A DNA stretch of 64,000 nucleotides from Candidatus Eiseniibacteriota bacterium (GTDB lineage Bacteria; Eisenbacteria; RBG-16-71-46; JABDJR01), in contig CAWANH010000029.1 of assembly GCA_963783375.1 (NCBI GenBank), forward strand, positions 288,001 to 352,000, given 5' to 3'. Below, in pieces: positions 1 through 12,231 of the stretch; within the stretch, counting starts at the first letter, position 1, and each line of letters starts with the position of its first letter. The notes beneath the pieces were generated by a model, which saw only the letters and a list, made by a program, of their open reading frames with translations, had not been told where the DNA came from and ran no database searches. The position numbers were made by a program, and so were the translations under genes.

Positions 1-2
1 GA

Positions 3-338
3 ACGATCAGCGGGAAGATCGGTAAGGCGGTGTTCGCCGAGATGGAGGCGTCGGGGGGAGACCCGGCGGAGATCGTGAAGGCGAAGGGGTTGGCTCCCAT
101 CACCGATCCGGCGGCGCTCCGCCGGGTGGTGGACGAGGTGCTGGCCGCCCATCCCGGTCCCGCCGCCGACTACCTGGGCGGCCGCGAGGCCGCGCTCCAG
201 TTCCTGATGGGGCAGGTGATGCGGCGGACCGGGGGCCGGGCGGACCCGGTGGAGGCGCGAAACGCGGTGAAGGCTTCCCTCGAGGCTCGGCGCGGGATCG
301 CGGATGCGCCGCCGGAGGAAGGGGATCCCGAGCCATGA
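3..338 (+). CDS. gatB: Asp/Glu-tRNA amidotransferase subunit B, C-terminal part (5' truncated by window)
   Basis: TISGKIGKAVF...PAEIVKAKGL...FLMGQVMRRTGGRADP, typical GatB/YqeY C-terminal domain. Confidence 0.85.
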   Translation, partial: TISGKIGKAVFAEMEASGGDPAEIVKAKGLAPITDPAALRRVVDEVLAAHPGPAADYLGGREAALQFLMGQVMRRTGGRADPVEARNAVKASLEARRGIADAPPEEGDPEP

Positions 339-1651
339 ACGGACTCAAGGTGTTGGTCGTCGGATCGGGGGGGCGGGAACACGCCCTGGGGTGGGCGCTC
401 GAGCGGTGTACCTCGGTGGCGCGAGTGGAGGCGGCGCCGGGAAACCCCGGCCTGGCCGAGATCGGCGCGCTTCGGCCCGTGGCCGCCGACGATCTGGACG
501 GGCTGGCCGCCCTGGTGCGGACCGAGCGCTACGACCTGGTGGTGGTGGGTCCGGAGGCGCCGCTCGCCGCCGGTCTCGCCGACCGGTTGCGCTCCGACGG
601 GACCACGGTGTTCGGACCCGGCGCGGCCGGGGCGCGCCTGGAGGCGAGCAAGGCCTTCGCCAAGGCCTTCATGGAGCGCCACCGGATTCCCACCGCGCGG
701 TTTCGCACGGTGACCCGGTTAGCCGACGCCGAGGCGACTCTCGCCGAGTGGGGCGCTCCCATCGTGGTCAAGGCGTCGGGCCTGGCCGCGGGGAAGGGGG
801 TCACGGTGGCGGGCACCGTGGAGGAAGCCCGGACCGCGGCCCGCGCCGCGTTGGAGGGCTCGGCCTTCGGGGCGGCGGGGGCGGAAGTGGTGCTGGAAGA
901 GCGGCTGGTCGGCGAGGAGGTCTCGGTGTTCGCGATCACCGACGGCCGGGACCACCACATCCTTCCCGGGTCCCGCGATCACAAGCGGGCCCTCGACGGG
1001 GACCGGGGGCCCAATACCGGCGGCATGGGGGCGGTGAGCCCGGCGGCGATCCTCGCCCCCGCCCTCCTGGAGGAGATCGGGCGAACCATGGTGGAGCCGA
1101 CTCTCGAGGGTCTGCTCCGGGAGGGGACCGCGTTTTGCGGGCTCCTCTACTTCGGGGTCATGGTGACCGCCGAGGGCCCGAAGCTCCTGGAGTACAACGT
1201 GCGGTTCGGTGATCCGGAGACCCAGGCCGTGCTCCCGCGGCTGGGGGGCGACCTGGCCCTGACGCTTCTGGCCGCGGGCCGGGGGGAGCTGGCCGGAGCG
1301 AGCACCGACCCTCCGACGCATCCGGCCGCGGCCTGCGTGGTGGCGGCGGCGCGGGACTACCCGCGCTCGGGGGCCCGAGGGCTTCCCATCACCGGCATCG
1401 AGCGCGCCCGGGAGCGGGGAGCGCTGGTCTTTCACGCCGGAACCGCCGTCGGGGAGGGTGGGCTGGTCACCGCGGGGGGACGGGTGCTGAACGTGGTGGG
1501 GGTGGGAGACACCCTCGACGCAGCGCTTCGGACCGCCTACGCGGGAATCGACGAGATCCACTTCGAGGGGATGCGCTACCGCGCCGACATCGGGGGACGG
1601 ACCCCGGGGGCGGCGGGGCGCGGAAACACTGCGAACTCGGGAGGAGATTGA
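335..1651 (+). CDS. purD: phosphoribosylamine--glycine ligase
   Basis: VLVVGSGGREHAL, APGNPG, VVVGPEAPL, LEASKAFAK, KASGLAAGKGV, GPNTGGMG, EYNVRFGDPETQ. Confidence 0.97.
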   Translation: MNGLKVLVVGSGGREHALGWALERCTSVARVEAAPGNPGLAEIGALRPVAADDLDGLAALVRTERYDLVVVGPEAPLAAGLADRLRSDGTTVFGPGAAGARLEASKAFAKAFMERHRIPTARFRTVTRLADAEATLAEWGAPIVVKASGLAAGKGVTVAGTVEEARTAARAALEGSAFGAAGAEVVLEERLVGEEVSVFAITDGRDHHILPGSRDHKRALDGDRGPNTGGMGAVSPAAILAPALLEEIGRTMVEPTLEGLLREGTAFCGLLYFGVMVTAEGPKLLEYNVRFGDPETQAVLPRLGGDLALTLLAAGRGELAGASTDPPTHPAAACVVAAARDYPRSGARGLPITGIERARERGALVFHAGTAVGEGGLVTAGGRVLNVVGVGDTLDAALRTAYAGIDEIHFEGMRYRADIGGRTPGAAGRGNTANSGGD

Positions 1652-1656
1652 ACACG

Positions 1657-2118
1657 ATGGCCGATGCCAAGGTGGCGGTGCTCATGGGGAGCGAGTCGGA
1701 CCGGACGCGGATGGAAGGCACGCTGAAGGTGCTCGAGGATCTGGGCATATCGCACGAGGCGCAGGTCATGAGCGCCCACCGGAGCCCGGACAAGGTGGCC
1801 GCGTTCGCCGCGGGCGCCGCAGAGCGAGGCTTCCGGGTGTTGATCGCGGGGGCGGGGATGGCCAATCACCTGGCCGGGGCGGTGGCCGCCCGCACCGTTC
1901 TCCCGGTGATCGGGGTGCCGCTCGACGCCTCACCGCTCTCCGGAATGGACTCGCTCCTCTCCACCGTGCAGATGCCTCCCGGGGTTCCGGTGGCCACGGT
2001 CGCGGTGGGGAGCGCGGGGGCCAAGAACGCGGCCTGGCTGGCCGCGGAGATCCTGGCTCTCGGCGATCCCGGTCTCTCCGAACGGCTCCGGGCCCGGCGC
2101 GAGGCGATGGGTGGCTGA
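1657..2118 (+). CDS. purE: N5-carboxyaminoimidazole ribonucleotide mutase
   Basis: [35 protein letters not shown]; GGAGGAG RBS at 1640-1646 favours ATG 1657. Confidence 0.96.
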   Translation: MADAKVAVLMGSESDRTRMEGTLKVLEDLGISHEAQVMSAHRSPDKVAAFAAGAAERGFRVLIAGAGMANHLAGAVAARTVLPVIGVPLDASPLSGMDSLLSTVQMPPGVPVATVAVGSAGAKNAAWLAAEILALGDPGLSERLRARREAMGG

Positions 2119-2743
2119 ACCCGAGCGGACGACCCTGGTCCCCGGGGAACCCGATCCGGCGGTTCTCGACCGCGCGGCGCGGATCCTCCACGAAGGAGGA
2201 ATCGTGATCGCCCCCAGCGACACCGTGTACGGCCTTTTGGCGCTGCCGCGCAGCAGCCGCGGCCGGGCGGAGCTCGCGCGGCTCAAGGGGCGGCCCGGCC
2301 CCTTCATCGTTCTGGTTCGCACGTGGGAAGAGGCCCGCTCCTGGACCCGGGGAGTGGAGGACGCGACCTGGACCCGGCTCCGGCGGGTGTGGCCGGGGCC
2401 GGTGACCGCGATCCTTCCCACCGCTCCGGAGATGCCCGGCTCGGAGAACGGCGCCATCGCGCTCCGCATGCCCGAATCGCGGTTTCTGGGCGATCTCCTC
2501 CATGCGGTGGGGGAGCCGCTCTTCAGCACCAGCGCCAACCCGCCGGGGGCGGCGCCTCCGGTCACCGCTCTCGAGGCCTCGGGGGGATTCCCCCAGGGCA
2601 TCGCCCTGGTGCTGGACGGGGGCCTCTCCGCGTCCCCGGAGCCCTCCACGATCGTCGACTTATCCGGTCCGGTGTCCCGGATGGTCCGCGCCGGGCGCGG
2701 GGACGCCCGTGCTCTCCTTGACCCCGACCGATCCCCCCCCTAG
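2111..2743 (+). CDS. tsaC: L-threonylcarbamoyladenylate synthase (short YrdC/TsaC type)
   Basis: [29 protein letters not shown] motifs. Confidence 0.9.
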   Translation: MAEPERTTLVPGEPDPAVLDRAARILHEGGIVIAPSDTVYGLLALPRSSRGRAELARLKGRPGPFIVLVRTWEEARSWTRGVEDATWTRLRRVWPGPVTAILPTAPEMPGSENGAIALRMPESRFLGDLLHAVGEPLFSTSANPPGAAPPVTALEASGGFPQGIALVLDGGLSASPEPSTIVDLSGPVSRMVRAGRGDARALLDPDRSPP

Positions 2744-2746
2744 AAT
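2718..2746 (+). promoter_or_regulatory. sigma70-type promoter TTGACC-N17-TAGAAT, probably leaderless for the phosphatase gene
   Basis: Near-consensus hexamers with a 17-nt spacer; ATG 2754 follows 7 nt after the -10 with no RBS. Confidence 0.65.
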
Positions 2747-2753
2747 TCAATCG

Positions 2754-3260
2754 ATGAAGACCCATCGACCTTATCGGATCCTCTTCGTTTGCACCGGCAA
2801 CATCTGCCGGAGCCCGATGGCGGAGGGGATCCTGAGGAGCGAACTCTCCCCCCGGGCGCTCTCCCGGGCGGAGGTGGTCTCCGCCGGGGTCGGTGCGGTG
2901 GAAGGGCTTCCCGCCAGCGAGAACGCGGTGAAGGTGTGTGAGGAGGAGGGGATCGACATCGGCGGGCATCGTTCGCAACCCCTGACTCCAACCCTCATCG
3001 AATCCTGCGATCTTGTTCTGGCCATGGAAGAACACCACCGGGTGGCGGCGGAACGGATAGCACCGCGCTTCGGCGACCGAATCCATCTGTTGAGCCGGTT
3101 CGCGGCCGGAGACGAGTCGGTTCCGCCCCTCGGAATTCCCGATCCCATCGGCGGCGACCTCGAGGAGTACCGGGGCGCCTTCGTTCAGATTCGCGAGTTC
3201 CTCATTCAGGCGCTGCCCCGGATCGAGAGCGGGATGCCGGCCGGCGCCATGGAGTCCTGA
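2754..3260 (+). CDS. low-molecular-weight protein tyrosine/arginine phosphatase (Wzb/YwlE family)
   Basis: ILFVCTGNICRSPMAE P-loop, SAG, HRSQPL, DLVLAM, IPDPIGG. Confidence 0.92.
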   Translation: MKTHRPYRILFVCTGNICRSPMAEGILRSELSPRALSRAEVVSAGVGAVEGLPASENAVKVCEEEGIDIGGHRSQPLTPTLIESCDLVLAMEEHHRVAAERIAPRFGDRIHLLSRFAAGDESVPPLGIPDPIGGDLEEYRGAFVQIREFLIQALPRIESGMPAGAMES

Positions 3261-3261
3261 C

Positions 3262-4227
3262 ATGCCAGTGCCGAAATCTCCCGAGGCGCGGAGCGAAACC
3301 ATCTGGTTCGACGGGGACTTCGTCCCGTGGGCGGACGCCAAGGTTCACATCCTGAGCCACGTCATCCACTACGGGTCCAGCGTGTTCGAGGGCATCCGCT
3401 GCTACAACACCCCGGACGGACCCGCGATCTTCCGTCTGTCGGATCACGTCAAGCGCTTGTTCTTTTCGGCCAAGGTGATCCGCATCGAGATTCCCTTCAC
3501 CGAGGAGGAGATCACCGAGGCCTGTATCGAGGCGGTGCAGCGGAATGAGTTCGAGAGCTGCTACATCCGTCCGGTGGTGCTCCGGGGAGCCGGGGCCATG
3601 GGGGTGCTCCCCCGCGACAACCCCATCCACACCGCGATCGCGGTCTGGCCCTGGGGGGCCTATCTCGGCCCCGAGGCCCTGGAGAAGGGGATCGACGTCA
3701 TCGTCTCGACCTGGCGGAAGATGCCGCCGAACACCCTTCCCGCCCTGGCCAAGATCGGGGGGGCTTATGTCCTGGCGTCGGTGGCAAAGATGGAGGCGGT
3801 CCGGCTCGGCTACGCCGAGGCGTTGATGCTCGACACCGAGGGCCGGGTGGCCGAGGGCACCGGCGAGAACCTCTTCGCGGTCATCGAGGGAAAGCTCGTC
3901 ACGCCGCCGCTCAGCTACTCCATCCTGGGCGGGATCACCCGGCGGAGCATCATGCAGCTCGCCGTCGACAACGGCATCGAGGTGGCGGAGCAGCCCCTGA
4001 GCCGGGCCCTGATCTACATGGCCGAGGAGCTGTTCTTCACCGGCACCGCGGCCGAGGTGACCCCCATCCGTTCGGTGGACGGGACCGTGGTGGGCGCGGG
4101 CCGGCCGGGACCGGTGACCAAGCTTCTTCAGAAGCAGTTCTTCGAAATCGTGAACGGACGCGCTCCCGATCGCCACGGCTGGCTCACCCAGACCGCACAG
4201 CGGGTATCGCGCGCCCCCCAGGGCTGA
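3262..4227 (+). CDS. ilvE: branched-chain amino acid aminotransferase
   Basis: [50 protein letters not shown]. Confidence 0.95.
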   Translation: MPVPKSPEARSETIWFDGDFVPWADAKVHILSHVIHYGSSVFEGIRCYNTPDGPAIFRLSDHVKRLFFSAKVIRIEIPFTEEEITEACIEAVQRNEFESCYIRPVVLRGAGAMGVLPRDNPIHTAIAVWPWGAYLGPEALEKGIDVIVSTWRKMPPNTLPALAKIGGAYVLASVAKMEAVRLGYAEALMLDTEGRVAEGTGENLFAVIEGKLVTPPLSYSILGGITRRSIMQLAVDNGIEVAEQPLSRALIYMAEELFFTGTAAEVTPIRSVDGTVVGAGRPGPVTKLLQKQFFEIVNGRAPDRHGWLTQTAQRVSRAPQG

Positions 4228-4252
4228 GACGCCGGAGCGGAACATACCGACC

Positions 4253-5494
<1,242 letters not shown>

Positions 5495-5515
5495 GCGGGC
5501 GGAAAGGACCGATCC

Positions 5516-6718
5516 GTGGCGAGACCCGATCGTCCGGCCAGCCAGGGGGGGAGCCCGATCCGGGAGGCCTTCCTCCCCTACGCCCTGCCCCAGTTCGGCG
5601 ACGAGGAAAAGCGAGAGCTCCTCGACGTCCTGGAGTCGGGGTGGATCACCACCGGACCCCGGGTCAAACGGCTGGAGGGAGACCTGGCCGCCGCGGTGGG
5701 GGCGAAACACGTGGCCTGCGTGGATTCCTGCACCGCCGCCCTCCACATCGCCCTGGCCTCCCTCGATCTGAAGCCCGGGGACGAGGTCGTCACCAGCCCG
5801 CTCACCTTCTGCAGCACGGTCAACAGCATCGTCCACGCCGGCGGCACTCCGGTCCTGGCCGACGTGGAGCCCGATACCCTGAACCTGGATCCCGCCCGGG
5901 TCGCGGAAAAGATCACCCCGCGCACGCGCGCCCTCCTTCCCGTTCACTACGCCGGCCATCCCTGCGACATGGACGCGCTCCTGGCGTTGGCCGCGAAGCA
6001 CGGCCTGACCGTGATCGAGGACGCGGCCCACGCCGTCGGTGCGTCCTACAAGGGCCGGCCGGTGGGAAGCATCGGGGACATGACCTGCTTCTCCTTCTAC
6101 GCCACCAAGAACCTCACCACCGCCGAGGGCGGGGCCCTGGCCACCGACGACGAGGCCACGATCGATAAGGCGCGGCTGCTCGCCCTGCACGGGATGAGCA
6201 CGGACGCGTGGAAGCGCTATACCTCCGCGGGGTCCTGGTACTACGAGGTGGTGCTCCCCGGCTTCAAGTACAACATGACCGACCTCGAGGCGGCCCTGGG
6301 CATTCACCAGCTCCGCCGCCTCCCCGAGTTCAACCGCCGCCGCCGGGAGCTGGCCCGGCGCTACGACGAGGCCTTCCGCGACCACCCCGCGATCGAGATC
6401 CCGGCGTGGAGGCCCGACGTCGAACACGTCTATCATCTGTACCCCATCCGGCTCCGCCTGGAGCGGCTCACCGTCGACCGGGGGCGGTTCATCGAGGAGC
6501 TGAAAGCCGAGAACATCGGCACCACCGTGAACTTCATCCCCATCCACTACCACCCCTACTACCGGGACACCCTGAAGCTCGGAAAGGGGGCGCTGCCGGT
6601 GGCCGAAGCGGCCTACGAGCGGCTCATCTCGCTTCCCCTCTACCCGCGGATGACCGAGCGGGACCTGGACGACGCGGTCGGGGCGGTGGAGAAGATCGCC
6701 GGCGCCTTCGCCCGCTGA
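5516..6718 (+). CDS. DegT/DnrJ/EryC1/StrS PLP-dependent nucleotide-sugar aminotransferase (SpsC/ArnB-like)
   Basis: SGWITTGP, SCTAALH, EDAAHA, SFYATKNLTTAEGG (PLP Lys), GFKYNMTD, SLPLYP. Confidence 0.93.
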   Translation: MARPDRPASQGGSPIREAFLPYALPQFGDEEKRELLDVLESGWITTGPRVKRLEGDLAAAVGAKHVACVDSCTAALHIALASLDLKPGDEVVTSPLTFCSTVNSIVHAGGTPVLADVEPDTLNLDPARVAEKITPRTRALLPVHYAGHPCDMDALLALAAKHGLTVIEDAAHAVGASYKGRPVGSIGDMTCFSFYATKNLTTAEGGALATDDEATIDKARLLALHGMSTDAWKRYTSAGSWYYEVVLPGFKYNMTDLEAALGIHQLRRLPEFNRRRRELARRYDEAFRDHPAIEIPAWRPDVEHVYHLYPIRLRLERLTVDRGRFIEELKAENIGTTVNFIPIHYHPYYRDTLKLGKGALPVAEAAYERLISLPLYPRMTERDLDDAVGAVEKIAGAFAR

Positions 6719-6796
6719 CCCGACCGGGCTCCCCGGCCGCCCGCGGCGCGGCGGGAAAGCCGTCGGGCCGGAGGTCCGGCGCCCACCGGCGGACGG

Positions 6797-7921
6797 CTAG
6801 CTCGGAAGGCTCCTGAGCGCCTCGGCCACCCGCGCCTGCTGGTCCTCGGTGAGCTCGGGGAACATGGGAAGCGAGAGGCAGGTCCGGGCCCAGTCCTCGG
6901 ATACCGGGAAGCTCCCGCCGCCCATTCCCAGGGCCTTGAACGCCGGTTGCTCGGGCAGGGTGGTGGGATAGTGGGTGGCCGCGCCGACGCCGAGCTTCCC
7001 CAGGGCCTCGGCGATCTCGTCCCGCCGGGAATGTCGGACCACGTAGAGGTGGTACACGTGCACCGCCCCCGGGCGCTCCACCGGGAGACGCAGCGGCTCG
7101 CCCCAGGGGGCGAGCCCGGCCAACAGCTCACGGTAGCGCGCGGCGGCCCGCCGGCGCCCCTCGGTCCAGTCGGACAGATGGCGGAGCTTCACGTCGAGGA
7201 CCGCGGCCTGGAAGGCGTCCAGCCGTTCGTTCCATCCGAGGTAGCCGTGGAAGTACCGGTCGGTGCGCCCGTGGTTGGCCAGGCGCCGCACCCGATCGGC
7301 CAGATCCCCGTCCCGGGTGATGAAGCACCCGGCGTCTCCCGCCGCCCCCAGGTTCTTGCTGGGGTAGAACGAGAACGCCCCCGCGTCGCCGAAGGTCCCG
7401 GTGCGGCCGCCGTCGAGGGTGGCGAAGTGGCTCTGGGCGCAGTCCTCGAGCATCCGGAGGTCGTGCCGCTTCGCGACCCCGCTGAGGGCGGGGATGGGGG
7501 CGGGGTGGCCGTAGAGATGAACCGGGATCATGAGCCGGGTACGTTCGGTGACCGCGGCCGAGGCCGCCTCGGGGTCGAGGCAGGCGGTTTCGGGGTCCAC
7601 GTCCACGAACACCGGGCGCGCCCCCGCCCGGACCACGCTGGCCGCGGTGGCGATGAAGGTAAAGGCGGGCACCAGGACCTCGTCGCCGGCTTCGAGCCCC
7701 ATCGCTTCCATGCCCAGCTGGAGGGCGGCGGTCCCGCTCTTCACCGTGACCGCGTGAGGGAGGCCGTGGGCCTCGGCAAAGTGGCGTTCGAACCGGTCGA
7801 CCGGCTCGCCCCCCACGAAGGCGGCGTTGGCGAGGATGGGACGGACCGCCTCCATGAGCTCCGGTTCCAGAGCGTGATGCTGGGCGGCGAGATCGATGAA
7901 GGGGACTCTTGTGTCGATCAT
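6797..7921 (-). CDS. DegT/DnrJ/EryC1/StrS nucleotide-sugar aminotransferase (WbpE-like)
   Basis: VPFIDL, SGTAAL, PVHLYG, EDCAQSH, FSFYPSKNLG, NERLD, LSLPMFP; AAGGAG RBS before ATG 7921. Confidence 0.93.
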   Translation of the reverse strand: MIDTRVPFIDLAAQHHALEPELMEAVRPILANAAFVGGEPVDRFERHFAEAHGLPHAVTVKSGTAALQLGMEAMGLEAGDEVLVPAFTFIATAASVVRAGARPVFVDVDPETACLDPEAASAAVTERTRLMIPVHLYGHPAPIPALSGVAKRHDLRMLEDCAQSHFATLDGGRTGTFGDAGAFSFYPSKNLGAAGDAGCFITRDGDLADRVRRLANHGRTDRYFHGYLGWNERLDAFQAAVLDVKLRHLSDWTEGRRRAAARYRELLAGLAPWGEPLRLPVERPGAVHVYHLYVVRHSRRDEIAEALGKLGVGAATHYPTTLPEQPAFKALGMGGGSFPVSEDWARTCLSLPMFPELTEDQQARVAEALRSLPS

Positions 7922-8133
7922 GAGAGGACTCCTTGGGCCATCGATGGGTCGATGTGGCGGGAAACCGGTCGGTTGTCGGCCCTCAGGGCCGCCGGTAAGG
8001 GCGCCGCGGGTGCCGGAGATCGTAGCAGACCCCGAAAAAGCATCGCGGAGTATACCATTTCGCTCCCGGCGGGCCGGGGATGACTTGGCCGGGAAGGTTC
8101 GGTCCCCCCCGGGGGTATGGAATCTCGGGCTCC

Positions 8134-8162
8134 TTGCCCCGCCCGGTCGGCCCCGATACACT
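8134..8162 (+). promoter_or_regulatory. putative sigma70 promoter of the moxR-bat operon (TTGCCC-N17-TACACT)
   Basis: Hexamers with 17-nt spacing in the divergent intergenic region, ~65 nt before the moxR start. Confidence 0.45.
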
Positions 8163-8227
8163 GGACCGCCGATTGCGCCATACCCCCGATCCGTCCAAGA
8201 AACCCAAGCAATCACAGGAGGAAGGTC

Positions 8228-9211
<984 letters not shown>

Positions 9212-9233
9212 GCATCCCGGGAACGTTCCGATC

Positions 9234-10115
9234 ATGATCCCGCGAGAGATCCTCCAGAAGGTCAAGCGCATCGAGATCCGCACCCGGCGGCTGGTAACCG
9301 ACGTATTCGGGGGGGAGTACCACTCGGTCTTCAAGGGGCGGGGGATGGAGTTCGCCGAGGTTCGCGAATACATCCCCGGGGACGACGTGCGCACCATCGA
9401 CTGGAACGTGACCGCCCGCATGGGGCACCCCTTCGTGAAGCAGTTCCAGGAGGAGCGCGAGCTCACCGTTCTGCTCCTGGTGGACCAGAGCGCGTCGGAG
9501 CGCTTCGGCACCCGGGAGCGGCTGAAGGCCGAGCTGGCCGCCGAGGTGGGGGCGCTTCTGGCCCTCTCCGCGGTGCAGAACAACGACAAGGTGGGGCTGG
9601 TGCTGTTCTCGGACGGGGTGGAGCTCTACGTTCCCCCGGCCAAGGGGCGGCGGCACGTGCTCCGCGTGGTGCGGGAGATCCTCTACTTCAAACCCCGGGG
9701 GCGGGGCACGAACCTGGGGGCCGCCCTCGATCACCTGAGCCGGGCCCAGAAACGGCGGGCGGTGGTGTTCGTCGTCTCCGACTTCCTGAGCGAGGGGTAC
9801 GAGCGGTCGCTCAAGGTGGCCTCGCGCCGGCACGACGTGGTGCTCCTGCGCATGCGGGACGCCCGCGAGGAGAAGCTTCCCGCGGTGGGAGTGGTGGCGC
9901 TCAGGGACCTGGAGACCGGGCGCGACTTCCTGGTCGACACCTCCGATCGCTCGGTGCGCCGGGCCTTCGGCGAGGCGGTGGCAGCGCGGGAGACCACCTT
10001 CGACGAGGTAACCCGCCGCGCCCGGGTGGATCGCGTGGACCTGTGGACCGACGAGGACGTGGTGCTCCCCCTGGCCGGCTTCTTCCGCCGGCGCCAGGCG
10101 AGGCTCTCGCGATGA
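9234..10115 (+). CDS. DUF58 (VWA-like) protein of MoxR/Bat operons
   Basis: GEYHSVFKGRGMEFAEVREYIPGDDVRTIDWNVTAR, VVSDF. Confidence 0.92.
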   Translation: MIPREILQKVKRIEIRTRRLVTDVFGGEYHSVFKGRGMEFAEVREYIPGDDVRTIDWNVTARMGHPFVKQFQEERELTVLLLVDQSASERFGTRERLKAELAAEVGALLALSAVQNNDKVGLVLFSDGVELYVPPAKGRRHVLRVVREILYFKPRGRGTNLGAALDHLSRAQKRRAVVFVVSDFLSEGYERSLKVASRRHDVVLLRMRDAREEKLPAVGVVALRDLETGRDFLVDTSDRSVRRAFGEAVAARETTFDEVTRRARVDRVDLWTDEDVVLPLAGFFRRRQARLSR

Positions 10116-11251
10116 GACGTGCGCTTCCCGCGGCGCTCGTGGCGCTCCTGGTCACGGCGCCTCCGTTCGCTGCGGGGGCGGGAACGGCTTTTCTCCCCGA
10201 TTCCCCGGCCGCCGCCCCGGCGCCCGCGACGACCGGCGCCGACTCGACCGCGTCCGCCCCCGCGGAGACCCTCAAGGTCGAGGCCTCCATTCATCCCGCG
10301 GTGGTGAAGGTCGGCGAGCGGGTCTCGGTGCGCTTCGCGGTCCCGCTCCCCGACACCACCGCGAGGCTGATCGGCCCGCCGGCTCCCACGAGCTTCGGTG
10401 AACTGGACGTGGTGAAGTCGGGGCCGGCTCCGGCGGGAGCGGACAGCGCGGGGTGGGCGATGGACGTGGCCCTCTTCCAGGCCGGGGACCAGACCCTGAG
10501 CGCGATCCCCTTCCTCCTGGTGAGCCGGAGCGGGCGGCGGCCGGTGCGCCTGCTGCCGTATTCGCTATCGGTGGAGTCCACCCTTCCCGACACCGGAAAG
10601 GCCGCGCTTCGGGACATCGCCCCGCCGGCTCCGGTGGAGACCCGCTGGCGGTGGGGGAGGATCGCGATCGCCCTGCTCGTCCTGGGCGCCCTGGCCGCGG
10701 GCGTGGTGGTCTGGCGCCGCCGGCCGAAGCGCCCGGCGGTCCCGGTTCCGGTTTTCGAGCCCTCGGTCCCGCCCGAGGAGGCGGCCCTGACCGCGCTTCG
10801 GGAGCTGGAGCGGGAGTCGCTGGCCGCCCGCGGGCTCCTGAAGGAGCACTATGCGCGCCTGAGCCTGGTTCTCCGCGCCTACCTGGAGCGGCGTTTCGGC
10901 CTCCCCGCGGTCGAATCCACCACCGAGGAGATTCGCGATGGGCTGGCCCGGTCTCCGGTTCTCGGCGACGAGGAAGCGCGGGAACTCCTGGCCCTCTTCG
11001 ACGAGGCGGACCTGGTGAAGTTCGCCCGCCACGAGCCCGGCGCGGCGGCGGGGGCGGACGCCCTGGTTCGGGGGCGGCGCTGGATCGAGGCCCGGCTGGC
11101 GGGGAGGCGGGCGGCGGCGCGCCCGGCCCCGCCGGCGGGCGTCGCCCCGACGGCTCCGGCCCCGGGGGGCGGGCCGCCGCCCGCCGGCGCCGAGGCCTCG
11201 GCGGTCGAACACCCGGCCGGGGCGGGCCCGGGCGAGGGGGAGGCCGGCTGA
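10112..11251 (+). CDS. Bat-operon exported/membrane protein (signal peptide, one TM, ADLVKFA motif)
   Basis: ATGA coupling to DUF58; LRDIAPP..., LRAYLERRF...ESTTEE...ADLVKFA, as seen in the gene between DUF58 and batA. Confidence 0.75.
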   Translation: MRRALPAALVALLVTAPPFAAGAGTAFLPDSPAAAPAPATTGADSTASAPAETLKVEASIHPAVVKVGERVSVRFAVPLPDTTARLIGPPAPTSFGELDVVKSGPAPAGADSAGWAMDVALFQAGDQTLSAIPFLLVSRSGRRPVRLLPYSLSVESTLPDTGKAALRDIAPPAPVETRWRWGRIAIALLVLGALAAGVVVWRRRPKRPAVPVPVFEPSVPPEEAALTALRELERESLAARGLLKEHYARLSLVLRAYLERRFGLPAVESTTEEIRDGLARSPVLGDEEARELLALFDEADLVKFARHEPGAAAGADALVRGRRWIEARLAGRRAAARPAPPAGVAPTAPAPGGGPPPAGAEASAVEHPAGAGPGEGEAG

Positions 11252-12231
11252 TGCGCTTCGCCGACCCCCTGTTCCTCCTGGCTCTGGTTCCCCTGGCCCT
11301 CGTCTTCTGGTGGGACCTCCGTCGCCGGTGGGGGCGGGCGCGACTGGGCTATCCCGACGCCCGTTTCTTCCCGCGCCGCGGTTGGCGGGCCCGGGCGGTG
11401 GCCGCCACCCCGGCGCTGTTGGCGGCGGCGGGGACGCTCCTGATCGTCTCGCTGGCCCGCCCCCAGACCGGCACCGCGCGGAAAGAGGTGAAGAGCGAGG
11501 GAATCGACATCGTTCTCGCCCTGGACATCTCGGGGAGCATGCGGGCGGAGGACTTCAAGCCCCACAACCGGCTCTACGTGGCCAAGCAGGTGGCCCGGGA
11601 ATTCGTGGCCGCCCGGAGCGGCGACCGGATCGGGCTGGTGGTTTTCGCCGGCGGGGCCTATACCCAGTGTCCCCTGACCCTGGACTATGGGATCGTCAAC
11701 GATCTCCTGGAGCAGGTGGACTTCGGGGGGGTGCCCGACGGTACCGCCATCGGCATGGCGCTGGCCACGTCGGTGAACCGGCTTCGCGAAGCCAAGGGAA
11801 AGAGCAAGGTGGTGATCCTCCTCACCGACGGACAGAACAACGCCGGGGAGGTGGATCCGATCACCGCCGCCGAGGCGGCCCAGGCCCTGGGGGTCAAGGT
11901 CTACACCATCGGCGCCGGGAAGGACGGTCCGGCCCGGATCCCGGTCGACGATCCGGTGTACGGGCGGCGTTACGTCACCATCGACGCCAGCGTGGACGAA
12001 GCCACCCTGAAGAAGATCGCCGACATCACCGGCGGACGGTACTTTCGGGCCACCAGCGCCGAGGCCCTGGAGGGCATCTACAAGGAGATCGATCAGCTGG
12101 AGAAGAGCGAGGCGGAGACGGTGGAGTACGTGCAGTACGAGGAGAAGGGGCCGCTCCTGGCCCTGATGGCCGCGTTGGCCCTGGCCGGCGGGCTCCTGGT
12201 GGGGGAGACCGCGGTGAGCCGGATACCCTGA
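11251..12231 (+). CDS. batA: aerotolerance VWA protein BatA
   Basis: MRFADP N-terminus, LARPQ, EGIDIVLALDISGSM (MIDAS), DRIGLVVF, GTAIG, LLTDG, TGGRYFRA. Confidence 0.92.
   Translation: MRFADPLFLLALVPLALVFWWDLRRRWGRARLGYPDARFFPRRGWRARAVAATPALLAAAGTLLIVSLARPQTGTARKEVKSEGIDIVLALDISGSMRAEDFKPHNRLYVAKQVAREFVAARSGDRIGLVVFAGGAYTQCPLTLDYGIVNDLLEQVDFGGVPDGTAIGMALATSVNRLREAKGKSKVVILLTDGQNNAGEVDPITAAEAAQALGVKVYTIGAGKDGPARIPVDDPVYGRRYVTIDASVDEATLKKIADITGGRYFRATSAEALEGIYKEIDQLEKSEAETVEYVQYEEKGPLLALMAALALAGGLLVGETAVSRIP

Noticed and set aside
6719-6796. GC-rich inverted repeats between the convergent DegT genes
   Set aside because: Imperfect stems without a U-tract; cannot call a terminator or ncRNA.
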